The notes below the pieces were generated by a model, which worked only from the letters and a program-made list of their open reading frames with translations, was not told where the DNA came from and did no database searches. Both the position numbers and the translations under genes were made by a program. From contig CM022667.1 of the NCBI GenBank assembly GCA_012295275.1, positions 17,050,001 to 17,114,000 of the forward strand: a DNA stretch of 64,000 bases. Direction: 5' to 3'. This document shows, in pieces, positions 1 through 12,300 of this stretch (positions within the stretch are counted from its first letter, which is position 1; every line of letters starts with the position of its first letter). The stretch comes from Chrysomallon squamiferum (taxonomy: Eukaryota; Animalia; Mollusca).

Positions 1-3000
1 ACCAAGATAAAGATTAATGTTTACCACAGGTGCATAACAGTAACATAAACATATTTCTTTTATATCTATAGACCAGCATTATTATTCTTCAAAATGGTTT
101 TTGTTTTTGTTTTTGTGCAGAAACTGTGTGACCAGCTTTACACTGAATATTTTATACATAAGCATACTTTTTATCCTTTTATTATCACTTTAGACTTTTT
201 ATATATATTTTAATAAATGTTTTAAAATTAAACTTCTGTTATAAATATTGTATCAAAATATTCTTACTTTCTGTTCTCATTGTTAAACAAAAATAAACAT
301 GATACATTTTTGCAGGAATGTTAAGATTTTAATGCATTACAATACATAACACAAAATTTCCAGTACAAATATATCTATTAAAAATGCATTAAGAAAAATA
401 ATATACTAAAGCAATATATATCCTATTACTAATAAAAAAAAACAGGAATAAATATGTATTACATGTGTGTGGGGGGTTGAGGGTGTGTCATTCCTGTATT
501 TGATTTCCAGTTCAGTATTTAGTTAAAGATAATTTTTGTATCATTACCTGTAACATAGTTATGTATGTCATACTGGTGATTATTAAATATTTCAACTACT
601 TCCACAGTATATTAAGGTTGTGGTGTGCACCTTCTCATCTGTATGATATATGAATATTAATTATTATAAGATAGCATTTGTTGCTTCAGTAAGAGTCATA
701 TACTGTAAGTAAGAGTAGTACATCACACTGCAGTAGCTGGTTTGATTCAGATATTATCATCAGTATTTATTAAGGATATATACTCTTTCATACATTCCTG
801 CCTATGGATATGGTAACTATTTCAAGACTCTTAAATCCATAAGCAGTTTAAATTAAATAAAAGAAAACAAGACAATGTAAAGGAAGGGAAAATACCTCAA
901 TCATCAATGTATGTATAAATTGTCTAGTGCATGAAATATCGCATTCTTATGATGTATACTGTGTTATTAATGTGTGTCATTCACTCATTCAGTCATTGTG
1001 TTTAATTCTGAGTGTGAATATGTGCGTTTGTGTCAGTTAGTTAATAATAATTAACAAAATAAAAATGGGTTTTTAAATACAGTCTTAAACAAATATTTTA
1101 TTTTAATCTTTACTTGTTTCCTTCTGGTGAAATATTTAATATTTCATTTATTTTTGGGTTTAGATTACTGATTAGTGATAATTAGGTGCAGCTCGAATGA
1201 CATCCGTTATATTTTGATTCTAAGAAATTAACTTTAAGAACTGAAGACAGGAAGTTATAATAGTACAAATGAAATAATTTCTAGTTGATCTATTACTGAC
1301 AATCAAAATTATCAACGAGAATCTTTCTCCTCCAACAAAAACATACGTTGATCAGAAGCCGATTAAAGTTTCCAACTTAATATAAAAACGAAAACGTAAA
1401 ATAAGAAAAAATATTAAGACAATTATACTTACATTTATACAAGAATGAGAAACATTTTTGTTTGTACGGGGATAATGTATACGGAAACAAGGCTTTTTAT
1501 GGTCATCTATGGGCATTATTCAGTACACATCATGGTTAAATTTAAAGATTATGAACACACGATAACTTTTCCGTAAATTTTAACAGGCAACCATTCCATT
1601 TTGTCATTCGTATTACTATTCCTTTCTAACTAGAGCACCTCAACAACACAGAGAAACTTGACATGAAATGATCAATTGTAAGTTTATTCAATTGTAAGTA
1701 ATTAATGTGTTATTTACAAGTTAATATTTTATCTATTCTTTTCTTTTCTTTCTTTTTTTTTTTCTTTCCATCGACCTGTTTCCAGTTAAGTACAGCAACT
1801 GCACGAACTTTCCATCATATTGTGACGTCATTGTGACTTTTTCATTTTCACCATTTTATTTCGTACAAAGTGACAGATAAATTTTGATGTGATAAATGAA
1901 AATTACAAGATTTGATTTTCATTCCAAAGATTTCTGAATTTACAAAAATTCGAGACATGCTTTACCCATTTAAATAACGGTAGAGGATCTAGGTTTACTT
2001 TTTAATTAAGCAAAATAAAATGTTTAATCAAAGAACACAACAAAACACATTTTGTAATAAACAAGTTTTATTATAATTTTCCTTGTTAAAATAGAATTTA
2101 TATACAACTGGTATATTTTTCTCTTATTTGTGTCTTTCTTGTTGCACGTTAGTAATTATTTTTAATTATTTTCCTTTTTAATGCTTTCCCACAAATGAGT
2201 AATTAAACAAAAAATGTAATTTTTATAAAAATACTACTGCAATTATAGAAACAGAACAAAAGGTATTGAATGCTAATGCCGTTATTATTTATAAATAACA
2301 TTCTGAAGGGTTTATTTCATCCAAATGTAATCCTAAAAGACAATGACAAGATAAATAAGTTAACAACAAAATACAAGATAGCATTTACATAATACATCTT
2401 GTGATGTTTTGATGTTCATTTAAAAAATATAATAACTAAATAATAATAATAATAAAATAACAACAAAATACAACTTACTATACTGTTATAAAAACTAAAA
2501 TGGCATCAAAAATAAAATATTTGGAACATTTTATAATTTAATGCAGATTGCTCATTAAAATTCAAAAATAAAGTGAAAAATAAAAATAAAAAATAAAAAC
2601 ATTCATTTATTTTTGCATCAACAAAGTTTAAATCATTTTCAAAGCCATTTTTGATGTCAGCAAGAAAAAAACTGTAGAAAAGAAATAAAATGATAAAAAC
2701 CACAATTCAGTTCTTTCAAATTTTAATATGTGCTGTGTTCAAAAGTGAAATTTTAAAATGCCATGTTATGTACACAGAATTATAAATATTAAAAAAGAAA
2801 AAGAAAGAAAAAGTAAAAAGTTTACATGGAAAACTCATACCTGTTCAGTATTTTAAAGATTTTCACACACTTTATCTTTAGTTTAAACTAGACTAGATAT
2901 CAGATTATGCAATAATAAAATAAGACAATAAAATAACCATCTTAAAGAAAGGCATGGAGGCTGTCATTATTAATATTATTATTATTTTCACGAGGTGTTT

Positions 3001-3311
3001 TTTTTGTGTGTGTGTTTATTGTTTACATAATAGAATTTAAATTTCTGTAGTGACATAAAAGGGAAATGACAGATTTCATGAGCTTGTTATTTCATTTCCA
3101 CATTTTATTATTAAAAAAACACCTTTTGTGTCATGACATCAAATATCCTGAAAGATATAATAAAAGTATGCAGGCTGATTCCTATGCCACCATAAGCAGA
3201 CGTTCACAGAATTATGAAAGAAAAAGGAACCAGAATGTCTCTTGTGATCAAAATGTTTACTTTTTTTAAACCTTTTACTTTATTTGTTGTTTGACTCTTA
3301 CTCAAATATAA

Positions 3312-4456
3312 TTATATTTGGATAAACTGTTCCAATGAAAGTTCTGTGAGGTATCTTAAAACTTTGGTAATATGTTTGTGTGAAAAAATCTGAAAAAAAT
3401 AGAAAATAAAAACAAATTAATAATTGTTTGATATCACAAGACACACAAAAGTAGAGCTATCATTGATAAAATCCATCATTAATGTAAAAAAAAATGTAAA
3501 GTTGGAGCATAATTTTAATGAGTTCAGTAGATATTTTTCTTTATTCAGTAATTAGGAGAATGTCTATAAAGAAATTGTTATGAACTAATTTATGGTAAAA
3601 AAAATAAAAATAAAAAATTAAACATCAATTGTTCCACTTTCTACTCTTGACAATTGTTAAACATAATTTGCATTTACATTAATTTTTTATTTCATATATA
3701 TTTTTTAAAGAATTGTGACTACTTTTTCAGTTTTATTTTCTTTAAGATTATTACTATTGTTATTATCAATATCATCATCATCATCTTGTTATTATTATTA
3801 TTAAATCATATTCTTACCTTTATTTTTCCTGATCCATCACAATATGCAACAGGAGTTCCAGTAGAAGTCAAAGACATTGCCTGAAATTAAATGTGACAAG
3901 TCATAGTAATTTTAAATAAATAAATAAATAATAACCACTATCAACATGTGGTAAAATATTTGCAAATTTTTTTGTAAGCTGTAACTGCCCAACTGTTATT
4001 GCCTCACAGTCTGATTGGTCTAAATATTTTTAGAATTTTACAATTCTTTCATCATTATGAATTACATTAAGATAATTGTATTAATTAACATAAAACAATT
4101 CTTGCCAAAGTTCATTTGTTACATACATCATCATATACAAAATGATTTCTATAGAAGGGCTTTGCAGTTCCCAGTATTTGAAGCTCTATATATGCTATAT
4201 TGTAATAATAGCAGAAATCACACTTACTGATATATTTATGTGAAAACAGTTAAAAAAGTGAGTTTCTAGGTTAGACATGAATTCAGACACTTCTTCTTCT
4301 GTAAAGATATTTGTGTTCCTGTTGTGTATTCTGCAATCAAAATATAAATGTTAATATTGGACAAAATTATGATACAAGTCATAGCTATGGTGTAACAAAT
4401 CTGTTATTGTATGTTGGGTGGGCATACTAATGGTCCGTAGGAGCATTTTCAGGCTG

Positions 4457-4514
<58 letters not shown>

Positions 4515-6389
4515 TTTGTGAATTTGTTTTTTATAATTATATAAACATTATACATTATAACATTTTAATTGTCTACTTACAAAAATTTGAATTAGTTCAT
4601 ACACATTTCAAATTACTTAAAACATACAAACTTTCTTGTTATGAATATTCAACAGACCTTTCCCAGAGTTCCTTGCAGTCATGAGGGTCAATGATGTAAT
4701 TAATCTGTTTCAGTCCTTCTACTTCAGATGGCACAGTGTACACCAGTTTTATTGGCTTGTTTGCTTTGTCTGCTCACAACAAATGTTTTTTTCTTTTTTA
4801 AATAGCATAAAACATATTTACATACACTCACAATTTTTAAAAATAGATTTATTCTATCTGTTAATTAATCAGTTTTATTGGTTTATTTGTTTTGTTGGTT
4901 CATTAACCCTTAACTAATGGGTTTTTAAAATAAATAAATGAAATATATATAACATATATACACTTCCCACTTTTTTATAATAGATTTGTTCTATCTCTTA
5001 ATTAATCAGTTCAGAAGAATATTGGTTCATCTACAAAATAACAAGTAATAGTTGTATTGTTATTCATTTTTAAATGGGTTTTTTTACAAAAATGCTTGTG
5101 CATATTATTGTCTTTAATTTACTTAACCACTGACTGAATAATTTGATCTAACACAATCATTCTGATCACCTGAAGTCAGTCCACTCCACATGGACAATAT
5201 CCATGAAAGCTGATATGGATTCAGACTCAGTGGTGACATTCGACAATCAAACTGCCTCTGTCAATTAATACAAAGATTTTATTATAAAATTAACAAAAAT
5301 ATAAAAATTGATTTCCAATATTATATGAAATAAAAAAACTGAAGATGATTTGTTCATGTAACGTATTTCTAAAATATTGGCTAATTAAATATTCATGTTA
5401 CCATCTTTAGTTAAGCTTTTATTAATGACTGATACGGTTTGGGCTCAAATTTGAGGACAAGCAGTTACCCAAACAGAACTGGGGAGGAATTAAGATAACT
5501 AAACATTCTCTTCTTGTGTGTCCCTCACATTCTGAAAACCTAACACTGACTAATATAGATACTGATATGTGATTATTTGTGGATGTTAGAATGTTTCAAA
5601 TGATTAATTATTAATTACCTCCATCCATGAAACAAAGGATTGTGAGAGCATTATTGTACTTTTCAATAACATCAAAGGGAAGAACGTAAAATCTTTTTCA
5701 TTTCCCTCTATTGGATTTTTTTCCATGTCAACCCCACACATCACTGCAGTCAGCAAAACCTTTCCACTTTCCAAATCTATATATAGATAAAAAAAAATAT
5801 TAATAAATAGTGTGTTCAAAACAACTATTCCACAGTAAAACTGGCATAGTACATCAATAAAAAAAAAAAATTATAATTAAATAAATAAATACAGATGGTT
5901 CAAATTAAATGATGACCTACATATAATGTGCCCTGAGCTTTCACTGTTGTGTTATGAACAGTTCCTACTATATACAGATACACTGGCTCCTAAATTTTAG
6001 AAACATAATACAATAAGGATCTGCCTAAGTAAAGAAGCTCTGGTTTAAAACACAAACTGTAATTTAACTCTTCTAAAAATTACTGTTTAAAATGATGAAC
6101 AGCCATATTTGTTGTCATGGAAAAATCATTTTAAGATGCTGATTCATTTTTTCAAATTTCTATAAAATGGGGACATTAGAGGCCCTAAAGCATTTAATCA
6201 AAATTGTAACCGCAGGTTTAATAATTGTTATTTAATTTAAGATCTATATTTCTCCAGCAGAAATGATTAATTATCAGTCAGTTGTTGTAAATAAAACATA
6301 AGAAGGTATAAAAAACAAGAATATTGTTAAATTTATTACCTCCATTCTTTTTTCCAGTTATAACTATCTGCACAGCTTCAGGATCAACT

Positions 6390-6422
<33 letters not shown>

Positions 6423-8076
6423 TAAATGCATTCATCTACATCTATATGTTGATAAATAGAGCAATAGACATAGATAAGCCTTTAACAGATATAAGAAAAG
6501 GATATGTTGCTAATGTTTAAATTTATTTTTTGATCTAGTTAACAAAAAGAAAACCAGTCTCATCTGACCTGCTGATACTTTGACATCTTTAATCACTTTG
6601 AAAACAGCTTTTTCCACTTTTTCCAAGTCAATGTCAAAGTTTTTTGCTCGTTCCTGAAACAATGCATATACAAATTTATTTTAATACTCACTGAAATAAA
6701 AAAAAAATTTAAAACTTTATTATTATCCACTTTTTGTGTATGATTTACTATTTTAGTAAGTAGGTCTCAAATATTGGCAAAGTATGTTGCAAAAAAAGGT
6801 AAAAATAATTTTAAAAAAGATAATTCAGCAAATATCAGGGTAATTGTTCAAATTATTATCTTTTCTTTTATTTTCTAAACATCATTACAAATCTTTTAAA
6901 AGTAAAAAAATTCTCAGAGATTGGTGAGTTATTTTATTTTTATATTTCAGGAAAGACTACAAGAATAAAACAAAGTATTCAAAAGTATATATAATTAATT
7001 ATAAATAACTTACACCAGCAATAAATGATGCTAAGGATGTTGAATATTTCTTCAAATCTTTTGGTTGGTCACTAAATCTGAACAGAGGAGATAACCTGTA
7101 CAATTTCCATGTTTTATTGGCAATAATATCTAAAAACAAAAAATAAAATCATACTTTTTTAAAAAGATACATAATTTAAATTAAAGAAGAAATTTTTAAT
7201 AGTTAATATAATAAATATATCTTACAAAAAAAAACTTAAATATAAAATATAAAATATATATATATGTTTAAATTCATTAACTATAACTTTTGCTATGGAT
7301 ACCTTCAGAATAAGAAATCTCTCCACTGCTTCGTCTTCGGGGACTTCTCCGAATGGCATGCCCGACAGCTGAATAAAACAATAAATAAAGTAAAAGATTT
7401 AAAATAAGTAAACATTCTGATCACAAAAGACATTCTGGTTCCATACAAAACAGGACGAAAAAGATAAAAGAAACTTAAAACTCAACTCATTTGTAATCCT
7501 CACTTTATAACATCAAAGTTATGGTTAAGAACAATATAAAGAATCAGAAGTAATCCTGTGCAGTAACTTGAGTAAGATATTCTTTTTGTATTAGTAGCAA
7601 GGTTTCTTTTATAAAAGCACCTTCTCAGGGAAAGGAAAGCATTTACCTTGACCTTTTAATAGACATTTTAAAGTTGTTATTTTTTTTTTTACAGTCAATG
7701 AAAAAGATTATTATACATCCAAAATTACGTGAAGGTTCGATTACACACAACTGCTTGTATGCATCTATTGAAACACACTGGTGCATACATACACATAGAA
7801 ACATATTTAATGCTGAAAACTAAAGGAAAGTAACTAAAAATTAAAGAAAACTGAAACTGCATTTTCAATAACAGTTGCCTGGGTTTTTTTTAAAATTAAT
7901 ACTTTCAAACTATCCAGAAGAACAATGTCCTGAGATTTCTCAAACTCACACTTACTTGTTGTAAGCCTTCGACTTCTAGGTGTCTTAAAAACTGTATTTT
8001 TCCTAGCACTTCGTGTGAACTGTGCACTTGTCAACTCTTTTACCACAGAACTTGGAACACTTTGTGTATCCTCCAT
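3312..8076 (-). CDS. CENPL: Centromere protein L (CCAN subunit), 11 coding exons, ~345 aa
   Basis: Exons (minus): 8076-7956, 7368-7303, 7129-7014, 6653-6569, 6387-6340, 5776-5619, 5257-5170, 4769-4658, 4330-4228, 3880-3818, 3389-3312 (TAA). All GT-AG, phases consistent, 1038 nt. The peptides NKTWKLYRLSPLFRFS..LKKYSTSLASFI, DPEAVQIVI, GKVLLTAVMCG..DFTFFPLMLL, RQFDCRMSPLSLNPYQLSWILSMW, IDPHDCKELWERIH, EEEVSEFMSNLETHF, GSGKIKIFSHKHITKVLRYLTELS are colinear with vertebrate CENP-L as I recall it (KQWTLYSLTPLYKFS, DPEAFLVQI, FDCYFSPLAINAFNLSW, GKIKILCHKYLIGVLAYLTELA). Confidence 0.9.
4458..4512. repeat. (TG)n microsatellite
   Basis: Seen directly. Confidence 0.95.
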
Positions 8077-8513
8077 TTAAACATTTACTAAGCACAGACT
8101 ATTACATGTATTTTCTTTTTTTATATAGATTTCTTCAAAGTTCTGAAAGAAGAAAAAAGTTAATATTTATCATATAAAAATAGAAATAATTAAATGATCG
8201 GTGGTCACTGGTCTAGTCAAGCACCACAAACTTAAAGTGTGACTATGAGTATGAGGTGTTTCCATGTACATTGTAATGATTAAAATAGTGCAGTATAAAT
8301 CAGTATTGCAAAGTAGTATGAAATTAAATGACTCAGACATGCACGACATGTATCTTAGTCAGTTAGTCTTAGTGTTTTTCTAAATATATATATATATTTT
8401 TTTTTTTAATGAAGAATAGTTTTGATCTAAGTAAGTAAATAACTAAATTCTAATCATCTGTTGTCAATTTAGCTTCTAATAACGACAATAGATTTGGTTA
8501 ATGCCATTTAACA

Positions 8514-8545
<32 letters not shown>

Positions 8546-8797
8546 CGTTTCAAATTATATTTTATGTAATAATAATAATATAAAAAATGTATAACATTGT
8601 CGGCACTAATTTGTTTTAACTGGGTTAGCAATGCATTCAATTTTACGTCCGTCATTTACCAGACTCAAATGAAGCTGATTTCGTGACAATCTTAGATCTA
8701 TTAGATTAGTATTTTTTCAATTTCTTTTATAACGTGAAAAGTTGTTACAAGACTAATCATCTAATGTGTTACGTATTTCGATTTAACAGTAACTTAC

Positions 8798-8870
8798 CGA
8801 ATAAGCTGTGATTCGTTACATCAACGAAACTACCGAAAGTGTCTCTTGAATTACGCGGGCTTCTGTCAAG
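8798..8870 (-). other. CENPL: Probable 5' non-coding first exon of CENPL
   Basis: Strong minus-strand donor TCG|GTAAGT at 8797-8792 and an acceptor (tcttttcag) near 8143, upstream of the ATG at 8076; lies in a CpG-containing patch. The 5' end is approximate. Confidence 0.5.
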
Positions 8871-9321
8871 TCATATGATAGTGATACTAAACAAATAAAT
8901 AACAGTATTAGATTATTGTTTTGTATATATATTTTTAACTACTCCGAAATACTGCCATGCAAGTCTATATGTTTTTGTTTTATTTTTGTTTTTGTTTATC
9001 TTTTTTCGTGTTTGCAATATTTGTTTTATTACATACCATAAATGACTGAAAGAATCTCATATCAGAATCAGAATTTCTTATCAAGTCTGGAGGTTTATTT
9101 AAAAACAAAGCTGTTATGCTTAAATTATTAAATTAATTAGTTATAAAAAGATTATAGGTAAAGTTATCAATTTCATTTATGTCTCATTAAAAAAAATATA
9201 TATATTGCATAAATATGTCTATAATGGATTTGACACAGTAATACGTTTTTGCACCTCTTAGCGGTATTTCATAAATTGGCCAAAAACACGGACATAATTT
9301 TGTGCGGGATTAAAATCCAAG
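8798..9321. promoter_or_regulatory. Putative bidirectional promoter CENPL / CTDP1
   Basis: Divergent genes with first exons about 0.5 kb apart; locally CpG-retaining sequence; ATTGG (CCAAT box) near 9275. Confidence 0.55.
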
Positions 9322-12300
9322 ATGGAAGGCGAAGAAAAGCACATCCGTGTTCCGGGAAAATCAAATGTTAAAATTCTAAAATGGAAAGTAAAAAATGGAA
9401 GCAAAATATCAAAGGGCATTCTGTTAGGTTTATATGAAGCAGAAGATGGGCCTACTGCAGGAAAACAACAGCGTCTACGGTCTTGTGATAATGGCATTGT
9501 GCAAAGCGTTGAAGTCGAAGAAGGGAAAACTGCAGCCCCTAAGTATGTTTAAATTTATTTTAGGAAATGGCTGAATAATCGATATTGTTGTTTAGGTAAC
9601 ACTGTCTAAAAGCTGTAATCCTGTATTACTGTTCTAAACGTTGATCTCGGATCAGTTAGTGAGTCATGACTATAAAATTATTAATTACAAAATATTCTTT
9701 AAAAACCTAGGTGCATTTTCAGTGGTTCATAAAACTATTAATACTGTCAAAATATATAGCGATTTATTACAACTGTTCACTGAAATCTGCTGTGATGTCC
9801 CATAAATATTTCCAAAGATTTGGCTCGACAGAAACATACTTAAATATTCTGTAATGTGTTATTTTAACTGATTACATTCAGCTGTTAATCAGTACACTTA
9901 TCAAAAGATCACTACAAAATCAAACATATTTTAATCAGTTCTGAGAACTAAATATATAATTATATTACAACCATTGACTGATATGCTATTTATAATCTCG
10001 ATTCTCTAATTAATATTATTATGTCATTGTTTAGAACAGTAACCATTTGTAAATGAACCTTATGCCATCTGTTTGTGTTTAGATATTTCAGATTTTCAAC
10101 ACTGATGATTGATAACTGATTAGCCTTTTGCTGATATTGAATAGTTTAAATATTTCTTTGGTAAGAAATTCATGTATATCTTAAATGCCACTTAATATCA
10201 AATCTATGTTCAACATGATATACACTGAAAAAGCATAGAGAAGATACTCATACTCTTGGACTGAAAATTCCAGATAAATAATTGTAAACTGATACAGGAA
10301 AGTCAACTTCATGTCAGAGTTTTCATTAAATGTTAGCTATTGTTGGCTTTTGTGTCTTTACAGATGTAAGGCTTCTTTTTTAAAATGATTATTGTTTTAT
10401 CTAAGATTTATTTCATTAAATGTACACATCTTCTAAATTGTGGGAATGTATTTTTTTATAGTTTGTTTAATTTTCTATGCATGTGTTTTAACTGATTTTA
10501 AATTATTATTTTCATACATGTCATTAAAAAAAATCATTTGCTGACAATATTTTGTGTTGTGTTGTTAAACATTTATTCTATGAATATGGTGTTAATTCAT
10601 CTGTTAATAGAGAAGCTGGTGATTTAACTGACATATAGCCATAATCCTCACATCATGATGCATCTTTAATGTGTTGTATTTAACAGAAAATGTTCCAAAA
10701 AGTTTAATTTTTTTATTGAGTTTGTTACTGCTAATAATTAAAAAACTATAACTTGCATATTACTTATGAGATAATGCATTTTAAATTGGATGTATTGACT
10801 AACATTATTATTTGTAAGTTTCAGTTTTATTTTAGTATTGTTAGAGTTAAATGATTTAAATGCTACTATAAACTCAAGTGTTCTGTGTTTCTCAGTGAAC
10901 TGCTGCTCAAGATTAAAGTTTGTCCTAAGGAGCCATGCAGTCATCCAACCATCATGAAAGACATGTGTGCTGAATGTGGGGCAGATCTTCGCAGGTTGCT
11001 ATTTACTCTCTGGTTTTTAGTATTTATTTTTTTATTATTATTTATTTGTTTTATTTAATTTATTTTATTTTATTTTATTTTATTATTTTTTTTTATTATT
11101 ATTTTTTTTTTTTTTTTTGTCTTAATCAGAATTTTTTAGTTAAAGGATTTATTTTTTAAAGAAAAAGAATAGTTATGCATTGATTGGCAACAGAAATTAT
11201 CTTAAAAATGGAATAATATTTATCTCAATTTTTAAAAATCAGTTTGTATTTAATAAATTATTTTATGTTTCATTTTAGAGAATTTGGGCTCCCAGGAGAT
11301 CTGAAGGACTCAGTTAAACAGGTTACTGCCTCAGTTGCCATGGTACACAGCATTCCAGAGCTCAGAGTCAGTGAACAAGTAAGAAACATGAAATGCATCA
11401 TTCATTCCCATTTCTGTTATTTTCAGCAGACCTGTTTTCTTAATATTCCAGTTTATCCCAAATGTAATGTCTGTCATAGTTTTTAATCTTAACGTTTAAT
11501 ATTTTTTTTTTAATTTATAATTTAATTTAAAGAAATAATAATAATTTCTTGTTTGTAACATATCTTCTTTTTTTTTTAAGGTATCTTAATTTAATTTTTT
11601 TGCAGGAAGCTTTAGAAATAGGCAAAGAGGATGAGACTAGGTTACTAAGCAACAGAAAACTTGTGTTACTTGTTGATTTGGATCAGACTCTTATTCACAC
11701 CACCAATGACAACATTCCTGCCAATCTGAAGGTTAAACTGCAATTTGAAACATGTTTACATGAACAAAAGTTTAAATCCTCAAACACAGTGACTCAGGCT
11801 CACTGACAAGTAATTCTGATTGTGTAACACGTGTATAGGGATCTATTTTATTGATGCCAGTTAAACATATCCACAGTTAGGTTTGAAAAGGAGACATTAT
11901 TGTTAAAGAATATACTTCACTTTTTTTATTATTTGGATGTTGAAGCAATCATCATAGTTTTACTTTATCCTTCACTTTTTAAAACTGTTATTTCATCATC
12001 TGTAGTTATTTATAGTAATAAATGATGTCTTGAAAAAGGAGAAATTATAATTATAATGCATTATCATATATTTATTATTTTATTTTTGGATTTTATTATT
12101 AGTAAACATTTGTTATATGTCTAAACAAATAAAACAACGTGAATGTATTTTAAAAAAACAACCACACTCACACTAAATGTTAAAATTACATTTACTTTAG
12201 TTTGTACACTGAACTGAAAATTTAAATTACATCTTTGAAAAATAAAATAATAATAATAATAAACAGAAGAACAATAAAATTGAAATTTATTACCATTCGT

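Noticed and set aside
10102-10135. TGATGA..CTGA box C/D-like pair in CTDP1 intron 1
   Set aside because: Too short (~35 nt), no terminal stem or guide; expected by chance.
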